A stretch of DNA of 63,722 nt, counting the filler, from Aduncisulcus paluster (taxonomy: Eukaryota): NCBI GenBank assembly GCA_024181965.1. It is 7 parts of 7 records of this genome, joined end to end, with 100 filler letters (N's around TTAATTAATTAA, not from the genome) between each part and the next. Parts side by side here need not be neighbours in the genome. Positions count along the whole stretch, not along the records: positions 47,083 to 51,962 come from BQXS01010996.1; positions 52,063 to 60,449 come from BQXS01010998.1; 5 more parts are not named here. One strand, 5' to 3'. The position numbers and the translations under genes are program-made. The notes below the pieces were generated by a model. It was given only the letters and a program-made list of their open reading frames with translations. It was not told the DNA's origin and did not search any database. Numbering within the stretch: position 1 is the first letter of the stretch; every line of letters begins with the position of its first letter. Of this stretch, positions 47,826-57,176 are shown in pieces.

Positions 47826-47920
47826 TGTTGAAGTTTCTAAAGAATCTATTTATAGAACTCCACCATCTCTTCTCATATAACAGTAAATTTGTTAACGTGT
47901 TCACTTTCGAAAGGTCAACA
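47826..47920 (+). repeat. Candidate 5' LTR, 95 bp, TGTTGA...TCAACA
   Basis: Starts exactly at the junction with the interrupted RT gene. The ends are inverted repeats matching at 14 of 17 positions. The gag ATG follows 15 nt later. The 3' LTR is not in the window. Confidence 0.75.
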
Positions 47921-47935
47921 ATATATATATTGAGT

Positions 47936-50900
47936 ATGAAGGACACTAAAACCCATACTACTGGTGCCAAAAAACTCCGTGAAAAGGAGTTACCAGCGCC
48001 ATATCTTGAAACGCTCGATTCTGCAACTTGGGAGAGATTTTTAGGTGAATTCCATCATTATAAATCTCTAGGAGGTCGAAGGAAATGGCCCACCTTATGT
48101 TCGGCCGCGGCTTTACGATTAATCGCTATCATCTCGAAAGTCCCTAACTTCACCACCGTAAAGAACCGAGCTCTCGCGAAGAAACGCGTCTCTGCTATCT
48201 ACAAAGGCAGTTCTCCCCAATCCATATCTGATCAGTTAAAAGATACCTTGATGGCAGCTGAACTATCCTTAGATGCAATCTCCGAGTACATCACCGCGTT
48301 TGATGCCAAAAGAAGTGTCGACCCTGCTGCTCTGGAGAAAAAGACCTTTGTAAATTCTTTTATTAGTGGTCTATTCCCATCTCGTTTGAGAGTACGGGTA
48401 AGAACGGCTGTTGGTCCGGACAGTATCGATCTGGAAGAGGCTATTCGACAATCTCTCTCCCATGGGGGAACTTTGACCCAAATCCTGAAGGAAGGATCCT
48501 TAGTTCAACACCAGATTGAAGCAGAGAAGTCTCGCCGGGAAAGGAGCCTTGGCATAACGGAGAAGAAAAGCTCCGTGAGTAAGCCGCCCCATAAGAAAGA
48601 GTTCGGGGGAAAAAGAAGATTTACATCAAGTTCCACGGGAAAGAACAAACAAAATACCAACCCACGATCTGACAAATTACACCAGAGACAACCCATCAAG
48701 AAGCCTTCCTTTCTAAAAGGAGTTTTCTGCAGAAAGTGCAAGAAAGAAGGACATAAGGTCTTTAACTGTCCCCTAGAGAGTAAAGGAGACTCTAGATACT
48801 TATGCGAATTATCTTCTGCCTTTTCCTCTTCAGCTCCCTACGTTCTCGCGACCCTCAAGAATTCAGATGGATTACTAGTGACTGTGCCCTGTCTGCTAGA
48901 TACGGGGGCCACTAGCTCTGTAATCTCCATGGATATGATCGATAAACTAGCTGTCAACGTATCTAAATCGGACATCCCCAACATTACCCTTGCTGATGGG
49001 AGTGAAATACCCGTTTTGGGATCTGCAGACATCGAAATCATCCTTCCGGGGGTTGATGGATCAAGCTTACGGTTCACCGAGCAATGTCTTATAATCAAAA
49101 TGCACAACAAAAAACAAGCGGAGCTGATCGTCGGAAAAGACAGGGTTCTTCACGATAGTTTGTTGGATTGGGTCCAAGATTCAAACATGGAAGAAAGTTG
49201 TTTGTTAGAGGACGATTTAGGTCTGGACGTAGTATCTCCATTTGACTCTGACGAAGGGAATTGGACCTGCGAGGTCCCCGAGTTAAGAGCGAGTATCACA
49301 ATTTTATTAGATGCTTATTTGGAAAAAATCAACAAATCAGAACCAGCAAAAACATCGGATTTTGAGCTAGAGTTCCCAAAAGGAGGTAAACCGATATTCT
49401 CTAAGGTTAGAAGAATCCCTTTCCACTTACAGACCGAAGTTAAAAACCAATTGGACGAGTTACAGAAATCAGAGTTTATTATTCCGTCAAAAAGCGATTT
49501 CGCAGCACCTATTGTTCTTGCTCCAAAACCAAATGGAGGTCTACGACTTTGTTGTGATTACACGAGATTAAATAGGGCAACCCCCAGCGATTTGTACCCT
49601 TTGCCCAGACAAGATACATTATTCGCAGCTCTCGCTGGAAAAAAGTATTTCGGAGCACTCGATCTGAAGAACGGTTACTTTAATATCAAAGTTTCGGAAA
49701 AAACAAGACCCTTGACTGCATTTATCACACCGTGGGGATTGTTTGAATGGAATAGGATGCCGTTTGGTTTAAAATCGGCCCCGGCTCATTTTCAAAGGTG
49801 TATCAACGGAATTTTCAAAGACCTCATGCCTCATTTCTGTCTAGTTTATTTGGACGACATTCTTGTTTTTGGTGAGAACCAAGACGACTTTATCAACAAT
49901 CTTTCAAAGGTTTTGGATAGACTATCCGAGTTTAACCTATGTCTCAACTTAGACAAATGTAAAATCGGAATGAAGAATGTTCGCTACTTAGGTTTTATTA
50001 TATCGGAACAAGGCAGGTCTATTGATCCAAAGAGACTAGAAAATATGAGGAATATCCGGCCACCCGAAAATTTAAAGGAAGTACAGAGCCTAGTGGGGAA
50101 ATTAAATTTTCTCAGAGAGTTCATACCGGATTATTCAAGGACAGCGGAACCTTTAACCCGAGTAATGAAGAAAGGGTACACTAAATCGTGTTGGGGACCC
50201 GAACAATCTTCGGCCTGGGAGAGTTTATTATCTTCCTTGGATAAGAAATTATCTTTAGAACATCCAACACAAGAAGGAACTTTTATTCTTCGGACAGACG
50301 CTTCGACAGTTGGAATAGGAGGAATCCTTCTCCAAAGAGCCACAAGTGGAAAAGAAAAGCTGATAAATCTTTTCTCGCGGAAGTTTAATAAGACAGAAAC
50401 CCGTTGGAGCACTATAGAACAGGAAGCCTTCGGTATCTATTATGGAATAATGTCGAACAGGTTTTATTTGCTTGGAAAAGCTTTTCAGGTGGAAACAGAT
50501 CACCGAAACCTTCAGTACATCTTCAAAAGCGAAGTCCCGAAACTTGTGCGTTGGAGAATGATGATGGCTCCTTTTACTTATCATATCAAACACATTCCTG
50601 GTTCAGAGAACCAAACAGCTGATTTTCTTTCGCGTATAGAATTAAAAGACGATTATCCGTCTAAAACAAGGAAAATTAGTACACTAAAAGCTCTTGATAC
50701 GACTACAAAAGATCCAGAGAAAGATGTTCTGCTCAAACAAATACATTTAGAACTCGGTCATGCTTCGGCAGGGCTAGTTGTAAAAGTTCTCCGCGACAGA
50801 GGGATAAATTGGACCGGTATGTATAAAGACGCTGAAAGAGTCCTTAAACCGTGCATTTTCTGCAAAAAGACACAAAAGGGAAGACGGATAAAAACAAATG

Positions 50901-51962
50901 GTCACTTGAAAACTTCCTATGTGTTCGAAGAAGTGTCTGTAGATACGGTAGGACCATTACCAACAGATGAAGAAGGTTACAAACATTTGTTAGTCGCTAT
51001 AGACGGGTTTTCCAGATTCACAGTGATAATACCGCTGAAAACATTAACGGCCGATGAAATAGCACGAGCGTTATTTATTAATATCTTCGCTGTTTTCGGA
51101 GCTCCAACAAGTTTAAGATCGGACGGAGGCTTCACTAGCGCCGTAGTGAAGGAATTATGCAGGCTCTGCAAGACCAAAATGATCGTAACATTACCTTACA
51201 ATCATGAGGAAAATGGTTTGGTTGAACGACAAAATAGAGAGATTCGACGTTTAATCAGACTTTATTTCTTGGAAAGAGACGTAAGATTTTATACCGAGGA
51301 AGCAGCAGCAATGGTGGCAGTATTAAACTCACGGATTCATGGCTCGACTGGCTATTCCCCATTCTCAGCTGTTTTTGGTTCCAAGAGACGTCTAACCACA
51401 ATTCCTCCAGAGCCTCATGCAGACTTTACTTCCGATAAAAAACAAATAGAACGACTAGACTCATCTTTAGAGTTAATCCACAAATGTATTTCGGAGAATC
51501 AAGAAGTAACTCATCAAAAAAGGGATAAACAGAACGGGGAAGAAGAAAGTTTCAATGTGGGAGAAAAAGTATTGGTTGTCCCAGCCAAAACCCCGAGGAA
51601 ACATCTTCCAGTCCTGAGTGGACCTTTTGTGATCAAGGAGAAATTAGCTGGCTCAAAATTTTTATTGACACCATTAAATGGTGGCCAAGACAGAACAATA
51701 CCACTCAGAAGACTCAAAAAATGCGATACCTCGGCCCCTCTTGAAGTTTTAAAAAAGGTTGCGGCCAGAGATGATGATGAATATGTTGTCGCTTTTATTG
51801 TCAGACACCGTTTTGGAGTTAAAAAACCGATCGAATTCAGACTAAGATGGCTAGATTATGACGAATCTGAAGACACTTGGGCCAGTTTCGACGAGGTAAA
51901 AGATCTAGATAAACTTGACACTTATCTCGAATCAAAACCGAACCTCAAAAGAAAAATGGAAC
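47936..51962 (+). CDS. Gag-Pol polyprotein
   Basis: Zinc knuckle CRKCKKEGHKVFNC; protease LLDTGA; RT YLDD; RNase H TDAS/EQEA/TDH/ADFLSR; integrase HLELGH...CIFC, VDTVGP, RSDGG, NGLVERQN, GPF; chromodomain YVVAFIVRHR...FRLRWLDYDESEDTW. Confidence 0.96.
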
Positions 51963-52062
51963 NNNNNNNNNNNNNNNNNNNNNNNNNNNNNNNNNNNNNN
52001 NNNNNNTTAATTAATTAANNNNNNNNNNNNNNNNNNNNNNNNNNNNNNNNNNNNNNNNNNNN
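51963..52062. other. Artificial scaffold linker
   Basis: N44-TTAATTAATTAA-N44. Confidence 0.98.
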
Positions 52063-53131
52063 TACACACCCTATCGGAGTATCCAGGATGGACAGAATGG
52101 GCTTGATCAACGGATAATGCCATTCCACGGGCAATAATACAATCAATGTCGGGGGGAGTGGTCATGATATCGGAATATAATGAATTCACAATTCGACTGA
52201 CAGTACGATAGAGGGTAGGAGTCCATCCACCTACTCTACTCCGAGATCCGATCTCTTCATGATCAAACAAAGTGATCATTCGAATATCACGACTAATTTG
52301 ACTTGATGAATCGAGCAAAGCACGAACACATCCATAACAACCTAATAAGTTATCTTGACGACCTCCTGAGAGCATGGAATGATCAATTCCCACTGTACAG
52401 CATGGTTGGCCATCTGAAAATTCGAGATCAAAATCTAACAGCTCTGTTGGAAGACATTCGGCAGCGTGACAAATAACTTCCATAATCTGTTCATCGTGAG
52501 GTAAATCTGACTTCTTCTTTTTATCTTTTTCCTTTTTGTCATCTTTCTTTGAAAGTCCAGGAACAGAAGCAATCACAACAATGTTTTTTGAGAGATCAAG
52601 TTTTTCAGGTGATGACCTTGAATGGCGGTGATGAATGGCAAGATTAGGGATGTAAAATCCATTATCAATCCGGATTAATTTTGATTTAATCCTTCCATCT
52701 TGTTGAAAAGTAACTCTACCAGCCAGACACAGAGTTCTGTCAAAGAAAGTCTCCCAAATTCCACCGCCATATGGTTCTATTGCAATACTCAAAAACTTAG
52801 AATCAACTTGTTTTGTTTTGGGCTTGACTCTCAATGTTGGACTATCAGTATGAGCAGCCAAGACAGAAAGTGCAGGTAACTCCAATAAATCAAGACCAGG
52901 GGCAATGAAGGCAAACAAAGAAGATCCATCACGTGTAAAGAAATATTTTTCGGCAGGTTTAATTTCCCATTTTGGATCAGATTCTCTGATTCTGACAAAA
53001 CCTTGAGACTCTAACATCCTTACAGATTGGTCAATACAATGCCAAGGAGATTTAGATTCATTTAAATAATCAATATATGTTTCAATTTCACTAGCTTTTT
53101 CTTCCATAATGACACCAAAACAACTTGTCAT
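52063..53131 (-). CDS. DNPEP: Aspartyl aminopeptidase (peptidase M18), 3'-partial
   Basis: SPWH, AHTDSP, EPYGGG, FDRTLCLAGRV, IPNLAIH, DNL, FDHEEIGS, SVDQAHSVHP. Confidence 0.95.
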
Positions 53132-53405
53132 AATTGAATTGAGGTCTTATGCCAAAAATTAAACCAAAAACTGAAGTTTTTCTGAAAGAAAAATTTATAT
53201 AGCAAAATATTACTTATCAAAAGGAAGTCTTTGTTTATTTCTTTCCGCACAAAGCAGAGTTTGCCGGAATCATACTATAATTCACTAGTAGTGATTAAAA
53301 CACAAGTTTATTACAAACTTTGAGAGCCAAATAAAACGCGAGGAACAAAAACAAGATATAGGATTATTAAACAAAAATAAACAACGCACTCATAATATCA
53401 AATAT

Positions 53406-53876
53406 CTATTTTTCCTCAGATTCTTCGTCATCATCAGCACCATCCTTCTTATTGAACGCTTTCCAACCACTTTTTGAGGAAACAAGTTTGTAAAAAGTAT
53501 AGGCATTCCACATAACACGGTATCTCAGAGGATTCCACCATCCATACTTCTTCTTTGCAACGGTGTATCCATTTAGCTTAAATCTAAGATTACTTTGTTC
53601 CCATTCCTCTTTTCCGCCACCAATATAATACTCCACATCATGAATAAAGGCACAAACAGCCAAATCGCGATATATCGTGGAAATAGCTTCTCTTACCCAT
53701 GTTGGAAAGAATCGAGGACCAATTCCATTACATATTACTGTTAATTGCTGCTCTGTGAACTTTTCAACAGCTTCGTATCCTAACAAACCCAGTTGTTCAG
53801 CTAAATTCTTCATTTCATATACTTCGTCCAATTTAGCTTCTTCATCGGTATCAAATACTTTAACTAGTCTTGTCAT
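53406..53876 (-). CDS. Small prokaryote/phage-type phospholipase A2-like (NGxGP...IHDxxY) protein
   Basis: ICNGIGP...CAFIHDVEYYIGG...SNLRF...AYTFYKLV...GWKAF follows the pattern of bacterial/phage sPLA2-like small helical proteins. Confidence 0.6.
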   Translation of the reverse strand: MTRLVKVFDTDEEAKLDEVYEMKNLAEQLGLLGYEAVEKFTEQQLTVICNGIGPRFFPTWVREAISTIYRDLAVCAFIHDVEYYIGGGKEEWEQSNLRFKLNGYTVAKKKYGWWNPLRYRVMWNAYTFYKLVSSKSGWKAFNKKDGADDDEESEEK

Positions 53877-54145
53877 GATTATAAATATAAATTTTTTTTC
53901 GCAAAATCTAGATAAACTGACAAAGCTTTTTCAAGCCTTAAAATAATAGTTTTACTGAAGACTTAAGCCCATAAAACTCCTATATATGTATATTAAAAAT
54001 GATTTTACCTCTCGAAAATATATTATATATTCAGATACGGAATTTATCTTGTTTTGGTTCCTTTCGAGCTTTCAAATATCATTGGGTGTGAATTTTTCTT
54101 AATATTCGGAATTTAACATCAACATAAAAATAGTATCATCAAGCA

Positions 54146-54778
54146 ATGTTGTTTTTAAAAAGTTTTCGTGGATTATCTCGAATTGTTGTATTACACGACG
54201 ATAAAGACATTGATATTGATTTTCGAACCAGAAAATGGGGACAAAAAGAAGATTTATTAAATATTTTACAGGTATACGTTCAATTTGCACATACCTTAGG
54301 CTCAAGCTCAATTAATTCAATTAGATTCTCTCCAACCACATTTCCTTCAGGATTATCACCAACAATTGGTCTTTTTGGTCTAACTCCTGCGCGGATTACA
54401 GATACTCCATTATATTTAACAATTAAATCCGTTGGACCTTCTTTAATTGCAGTATTTATGCATACAGAAACTGAAAGTCCCACAGATAAATTGCATTCAA
54501 AATCATCAATATCTTTGTTTGCCAATGAATTGTGTTTGAAGATTAGGTCATTTCTCTCTCCAGGAGAACTGAGCATACCTTCGTTCAAACATGTGGAGGA
54601 AGGGAGCGAGAAGGATGATAGTGATGATTTTTGGGATATCGAAAATGAAGAAGAAAGAGAAAAAAGAAAAGAGGAATCTGAGGAAAAAAGGAAAAAATTA
54701 GAATATGATCAGCTTCAAAAATCAATATTGGCAATGTTAAAAGAGGAAGAAGCAAAGTATGAAGAATCATTGAAATAA
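54146..54778 (+). CDS. Hypothetical protein (alpha/beta, possibly longin-like, with a charged C-terminal helix)
   Basis: 210-aa ORF flanked by AT-rich intergenic DNA. The fold guess comes from the strand/helix pattern only. Confidence 0.55.
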   Translation: MLFLKSFRGLSRIVVLHDDKDIDIDFRTRKWGQKEDLLNILQVYVQFAHTLGSSSINSIRFSPTTFPSGLSPTIGLFGLTPARITDTPLYLTIKSVGPSLIAVFMHTETESPTDKLHSKSSISLFANELCLKIRSFLSPGELSIPSFKHVEEGSEKDDSDDFWDIENEEEREKRKEESEEKRKKLEYDQLQKSILAMLKEEEAKYEESLK

Positions 54779-54862
54779 TTTGAAATTTTACTCATAATAA
54801 ATATTTTATGTCTATTTGTCCAATAAAATCATTTTATTAAAATGTATATGTTCAGAAAGAGG

Positions 54863-55402
54863 TTAAACGCGCAGTTGCTCCTTTAAAAATTCCACCTTTC
54901 CAGAATACTTCGTTGGAGAAGAGGAATGCGCAACAGCATATGAGTATATTTCAAAGAGCATTTTTAAAGGAGATACAGGCAATTTAACAATTGGAAAATC
55001 AACAAATGAATCATGAGGATAAGATATCATTGAACAGGATGTAAGAAGATCAGAAAAAGAAATATGAGGGAAGATTGGAGCTCCCCACCTTTCGTATGAA
55101 TCGATTTCAACACATGAATGTCCAGCAGAATTTTTAATAACAATTGTATTGTACTCAGTAACATGTTTGACGCTAAAATCCCCCCTTTCAAAACATTTTG
55201 ATAATAATTCAAAAATTCTATATAAATTTTCTTCCTGAACATAAAGATCAAAATCTCCGATCCTTTCAGAAAAATCAGGAAAATGGCATTTCATGGCTGC
55301 GGATCCATATAGGACATAGTCGATATTATTTTTTAAAAAACAATCTTGAATAACTTCAAATGCCCGAATAATCCCCTTTAACAATGATGAAGGTTCACTC
55401 AT
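54863..55402 (-). CDS. Minimal nucleotidyltransferase (DNA polymerase beta superfamily)
   Basis: IDYVLYGSAAM...RIGDFDLYV (hG[GS] plus DxD), with a third acidic strand in CVEIDS. Confidence 0.8.
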   Translation of the reverse strand: MSEPSSLLKGIIRAFEVIQDCFLKNNIDYVLYGSAAMKCHFPDFSERIGDFDLYVQEENLYRIFELLSKCFERGDFSVKHVTEYNTIVIKNSAGHSCVEIDSYERWGAPIFPHISFSDLLTSCSMISYPHDSFVDFPIVKLPVSPLKMLFEIYSYAVAHSSSPTKYSGKVEFLKEQLRV

Positions 55403-55532
55403 TCAAAGAAAATGGAGTAAGAAAATTAGAAAGTTTGTCCGAGCCCGTTATAGAGTTTATAGCGTAGTTTATTAAAAATTAGTTGAATAAAAACATGCCA
55501 AAAGTATATTTTCTGTTATTGATTGGAGATAA

Positions 55533-56657
55533 TTATTCCCATAGCAACAAGAAACCGAGGATACAGAGGATACCAATGATCAAACAAGAATAAGCCCCAA
55601 TAGGAGACATAAGTTGGAATGAAGCAAGAATTTCAAGGAAAGGAGCAGAATTCATAACATATTCTGGATTAATTTCACCAAAGTAGGGAATTGTAATCGA
55701 GGTATATTCATGATCACTGGAGAGAGGCTCTTCTGAGGATTGTTTTTCATCGGGATGAGATATATCTAAAATGACGTTATCTTCACCGGCAATAGTTTCT
55801 TCTGTAGATACTGTAGAACTCTTATCTTCGCTAACAATGTCTACCTCTTCATTCTGTCCAACTTTCTCAACATGTTCAACTTCTTCTTGCTTATGACCTT
55901 CTTCATGTATATCTTCTTGTTCTCCTTCTTCTTTTTGATCTCTTTCTACTCTTTCTTCTTCAACATGAACATCCTTATCTTCGTGAATTCCTAAATCTGG
56001 GATAACAAACTCATCTTCTGGTAAAGTTGAAGGAATATCTAAAATCGAAGTGTCTTCAACGGTAGATGTTGTGTCATTTGAAGGAAATAATGTTTCCTCG
56101 ATCTCATGCACGAAATCATCACCGAAAAAATACAAAGAATCCTGGGAGTCTTTCATTTCTTGAAGATATTGACAGAATGTAACCCCAGAAAAATAAAAAA
56201 GCAAACAAATTAAAACTGTATAGATCACAAGCCAAATACGATTGTGTTTTCTTCTCTCAAGGACAGATTCAGATAGCCTCTGTTTTCCATCTTTTTTAAA
56301 GCTATACTCTTTTGGGGTGGAACGAGAAAAGGGGAAAAAACTATTATTTGATCCTCTCGTTTTCTTTGGAGGAATTGAAGTTTGGGTGGGTTTATCAGGA
56401 TTTGAACTTTCTTTTTTGGATTCATTTGACAATGGTTTCTTAACTGGTGGATTTGATTGCGGTTTAGAAGAACCTTTCCCGTCTTTTTTAATTGATTCAT
56501 TGTCAGACTTTGAAAGGGGACTTTTATCTTGCAAAATTGGTTGAGAATGTTTTCTTTGTGTTTTAGTTGATTTACCCATCTTTAAATATTTCTGAACAAT
56601 TTTGAGTTCATCAAAAACGAACAATTCTGTGATTTCACGATCAATCACAAAGCTCAT
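55533..56657 (-). CDS. Hypothetical membrane protein (two TM helices flanking an acidic loop)
   Basis: Basic disordered N-terminus, TM IWLVIYTVLICLLFYFSGV, D/E-rich loop, C-terminal TM. The start may be at 56579. Confidence 0.7.
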   Translation of the reverse strand: MSFVIDREITELFVFDELKIVQKYLKMGKSTKTQRKHSQPILQDKSPLSKSDNESIKKDGKGSSKPQSNPPVKKPLSNESKKESSNPDKPTQTSIPPKKTRGSNNSFFPFSRSTPKEYSFKKDGKQRLSESVLERRKHNRIWLVIYTVLICLLFYFSGVTFCQYLQEMKDSQDSLYFFGDDFVHEIEETLFPSNDTTSTVEDTSILDIPSTLPEDEFVIPDLGIHEDKDVHVEEERVERDQKEEGEQEDIHEEGHKQEEVEHVEKVGQNEEVDIVSEDKSSTVSTEETIAGEDNVILDISHPDEKQSSEEPLSSDHEYTSITIPYFGEINPEYVMNSAPFLEILASFQLMSPIGAYSCLIIGILCILGFLLLWE

Positions 56658-57176
56658 CTTCTATATTCCAATAAAATAGATCAAAAATCGATAATATGAG
56701 CACATATAAATTATTTTTTTATTAATAACATTGAAGAGCAATGTCAAGCCAAATCCAAAAGAAAACTTGCTATTTTAGTTACATATCATATCTATCCATC
56801 CTAATTCTGATATACTATTGGATAATAAACAATATGCAGATATTACTATCTTAATTTTCTATTCCAAATAGATGGAACGCACAATATTCGATAATAGCCA
56901 ATAACAGGTATAATGGCTGGATAAGATACCATTTTCAATTAAATTATTGTAATTCCTAAAGTATACTGATCAAAAATGAGTGAATATTATGAAATTGAAT
57001 GACAGAGTGAAAAATATCTCGATTGGGATAACACACGAAAAAAAAACATCATATAGAACAAGCTAAGCTTCTAAATGCCTATATGGTCCATTTAATCTAA
57101 TATTTCACCACAATCTAAAAACATAAGATCAGAATCACAAATTGTGTTGAATTACAAATTTCAAATATGTTCTTTC

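Larger units (their letters stand above)
47826..51962 (+). mobile_element. Chromodomain-containing Ty3/Gypsy LTR retrotransposon (chromovirus-like), 3' end truncated by the scaffold end
   Basis: Candidate 5' LTR followed by an intact single gag-pol ORF in the order PR-RT-RH-INT-chromodomain. Confidence 0.95.

Noticed and set aside
47825-47935. 37-codon N-terminal extension of Gag in the ORF track
   Set aside because: It starts at a GTG straddling the insertion junction and runs through the LTR. The ATG at 47936 is the plausible start.
53236-53300. Two imperfect hairpins; the minus strand reads ATGA...AAA...GA like a SECIS element
   Set aside because: The helix between ATGA and the AAA is too short, the core pairing is poor, and the upstream gene has no in-frame TGA. 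There is no H-box hinge to support an H/ACA RNA either.
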